From positions 20,901,715 to 20,965,714 of the forward strand of contig NC_068981.1 of the NCBI RefSeq assembly GCF_001194135.2: a stretch of 64,000 bases of DNA, written 5' to 3'. Positions 63,860 through 64,000 of this stretch are shown here, in pieces; position 1 is the first letter of the stretch; each line of letters opens with the position of its first letter. A program made the position numbers and the translations under genes. Under the pieces are notes generated by a model, which saw only the letters and a list, made by a program, of their open reading frames with translations, was not told the DNA's origin and did not search any database. The DNA is from Octopus bimaculoides (lineage: Eukaryota).

Positions 63860-64000
63860 GGGCATTAACTGTGTATCAATGCCTCACGGTATCGAGGGAC
63901 TAAATAAGTAAAAAAAACTACCAAAAATAAGTAACATATTTACCGAAAGCGAGGGAATATGTTACTTATTTTTGGTAGTTTTTTTACTTATTTAGTCCCT
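63860..64000. repeat. Long inverted repeat / foldback element truncated by the window end
   Basis: Arms 63895-63940 and 63956-64000 are reverse complements except for one nt in an A/T run; 15-nt loop. Confidence 0.85.

Overview
AT-rich animal genomic DNA with three N gaps. The repeat repertoire (RTE LINEs with (GAT)n tails, tRNA-derived SINEs, long (TA)n runs) looks like an octopus or other coleoid cephalopod; that is an inference and was not checked. One protein-coding gene is well supported: an NCOA5 orthologue on the minus strand. Eight GT-AG exons (37339 down to 24169) join in frame by hand to about 539 codons, encoding the C-terminal half of an RRM, a low-complexity P/Q/N/R region, the NCOA5 anticodon-binding-like domain with GTPQEHRNMP, an LxxLL box (LLDLL) and the conserved C-terminal motifs. 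The first coding exon(s) could not be securely located. Almost everything else is decayed mobile DNA: RTE, CR1-like and Penelope-like retroelements, a Ty3/gypsy pol remnant split by a young internally deleted piggyBac, three mariner-type elements, hAT- and piggyBac-type MITEs and several SINE families. I found no evidence for a novel multi-gene system. The most unusual signals are: hairpin-unit VNTRs in an RTE 3' UTR, repeated tail-to-tail RTE pairs, several short exact local duplications, a modular palindromic repeat with TTAGGG motifs, a long hairpin at the window end, and an orphan exon-like ORF at about 9.3 kb. Boundaries of degenerate repeats are approximate.
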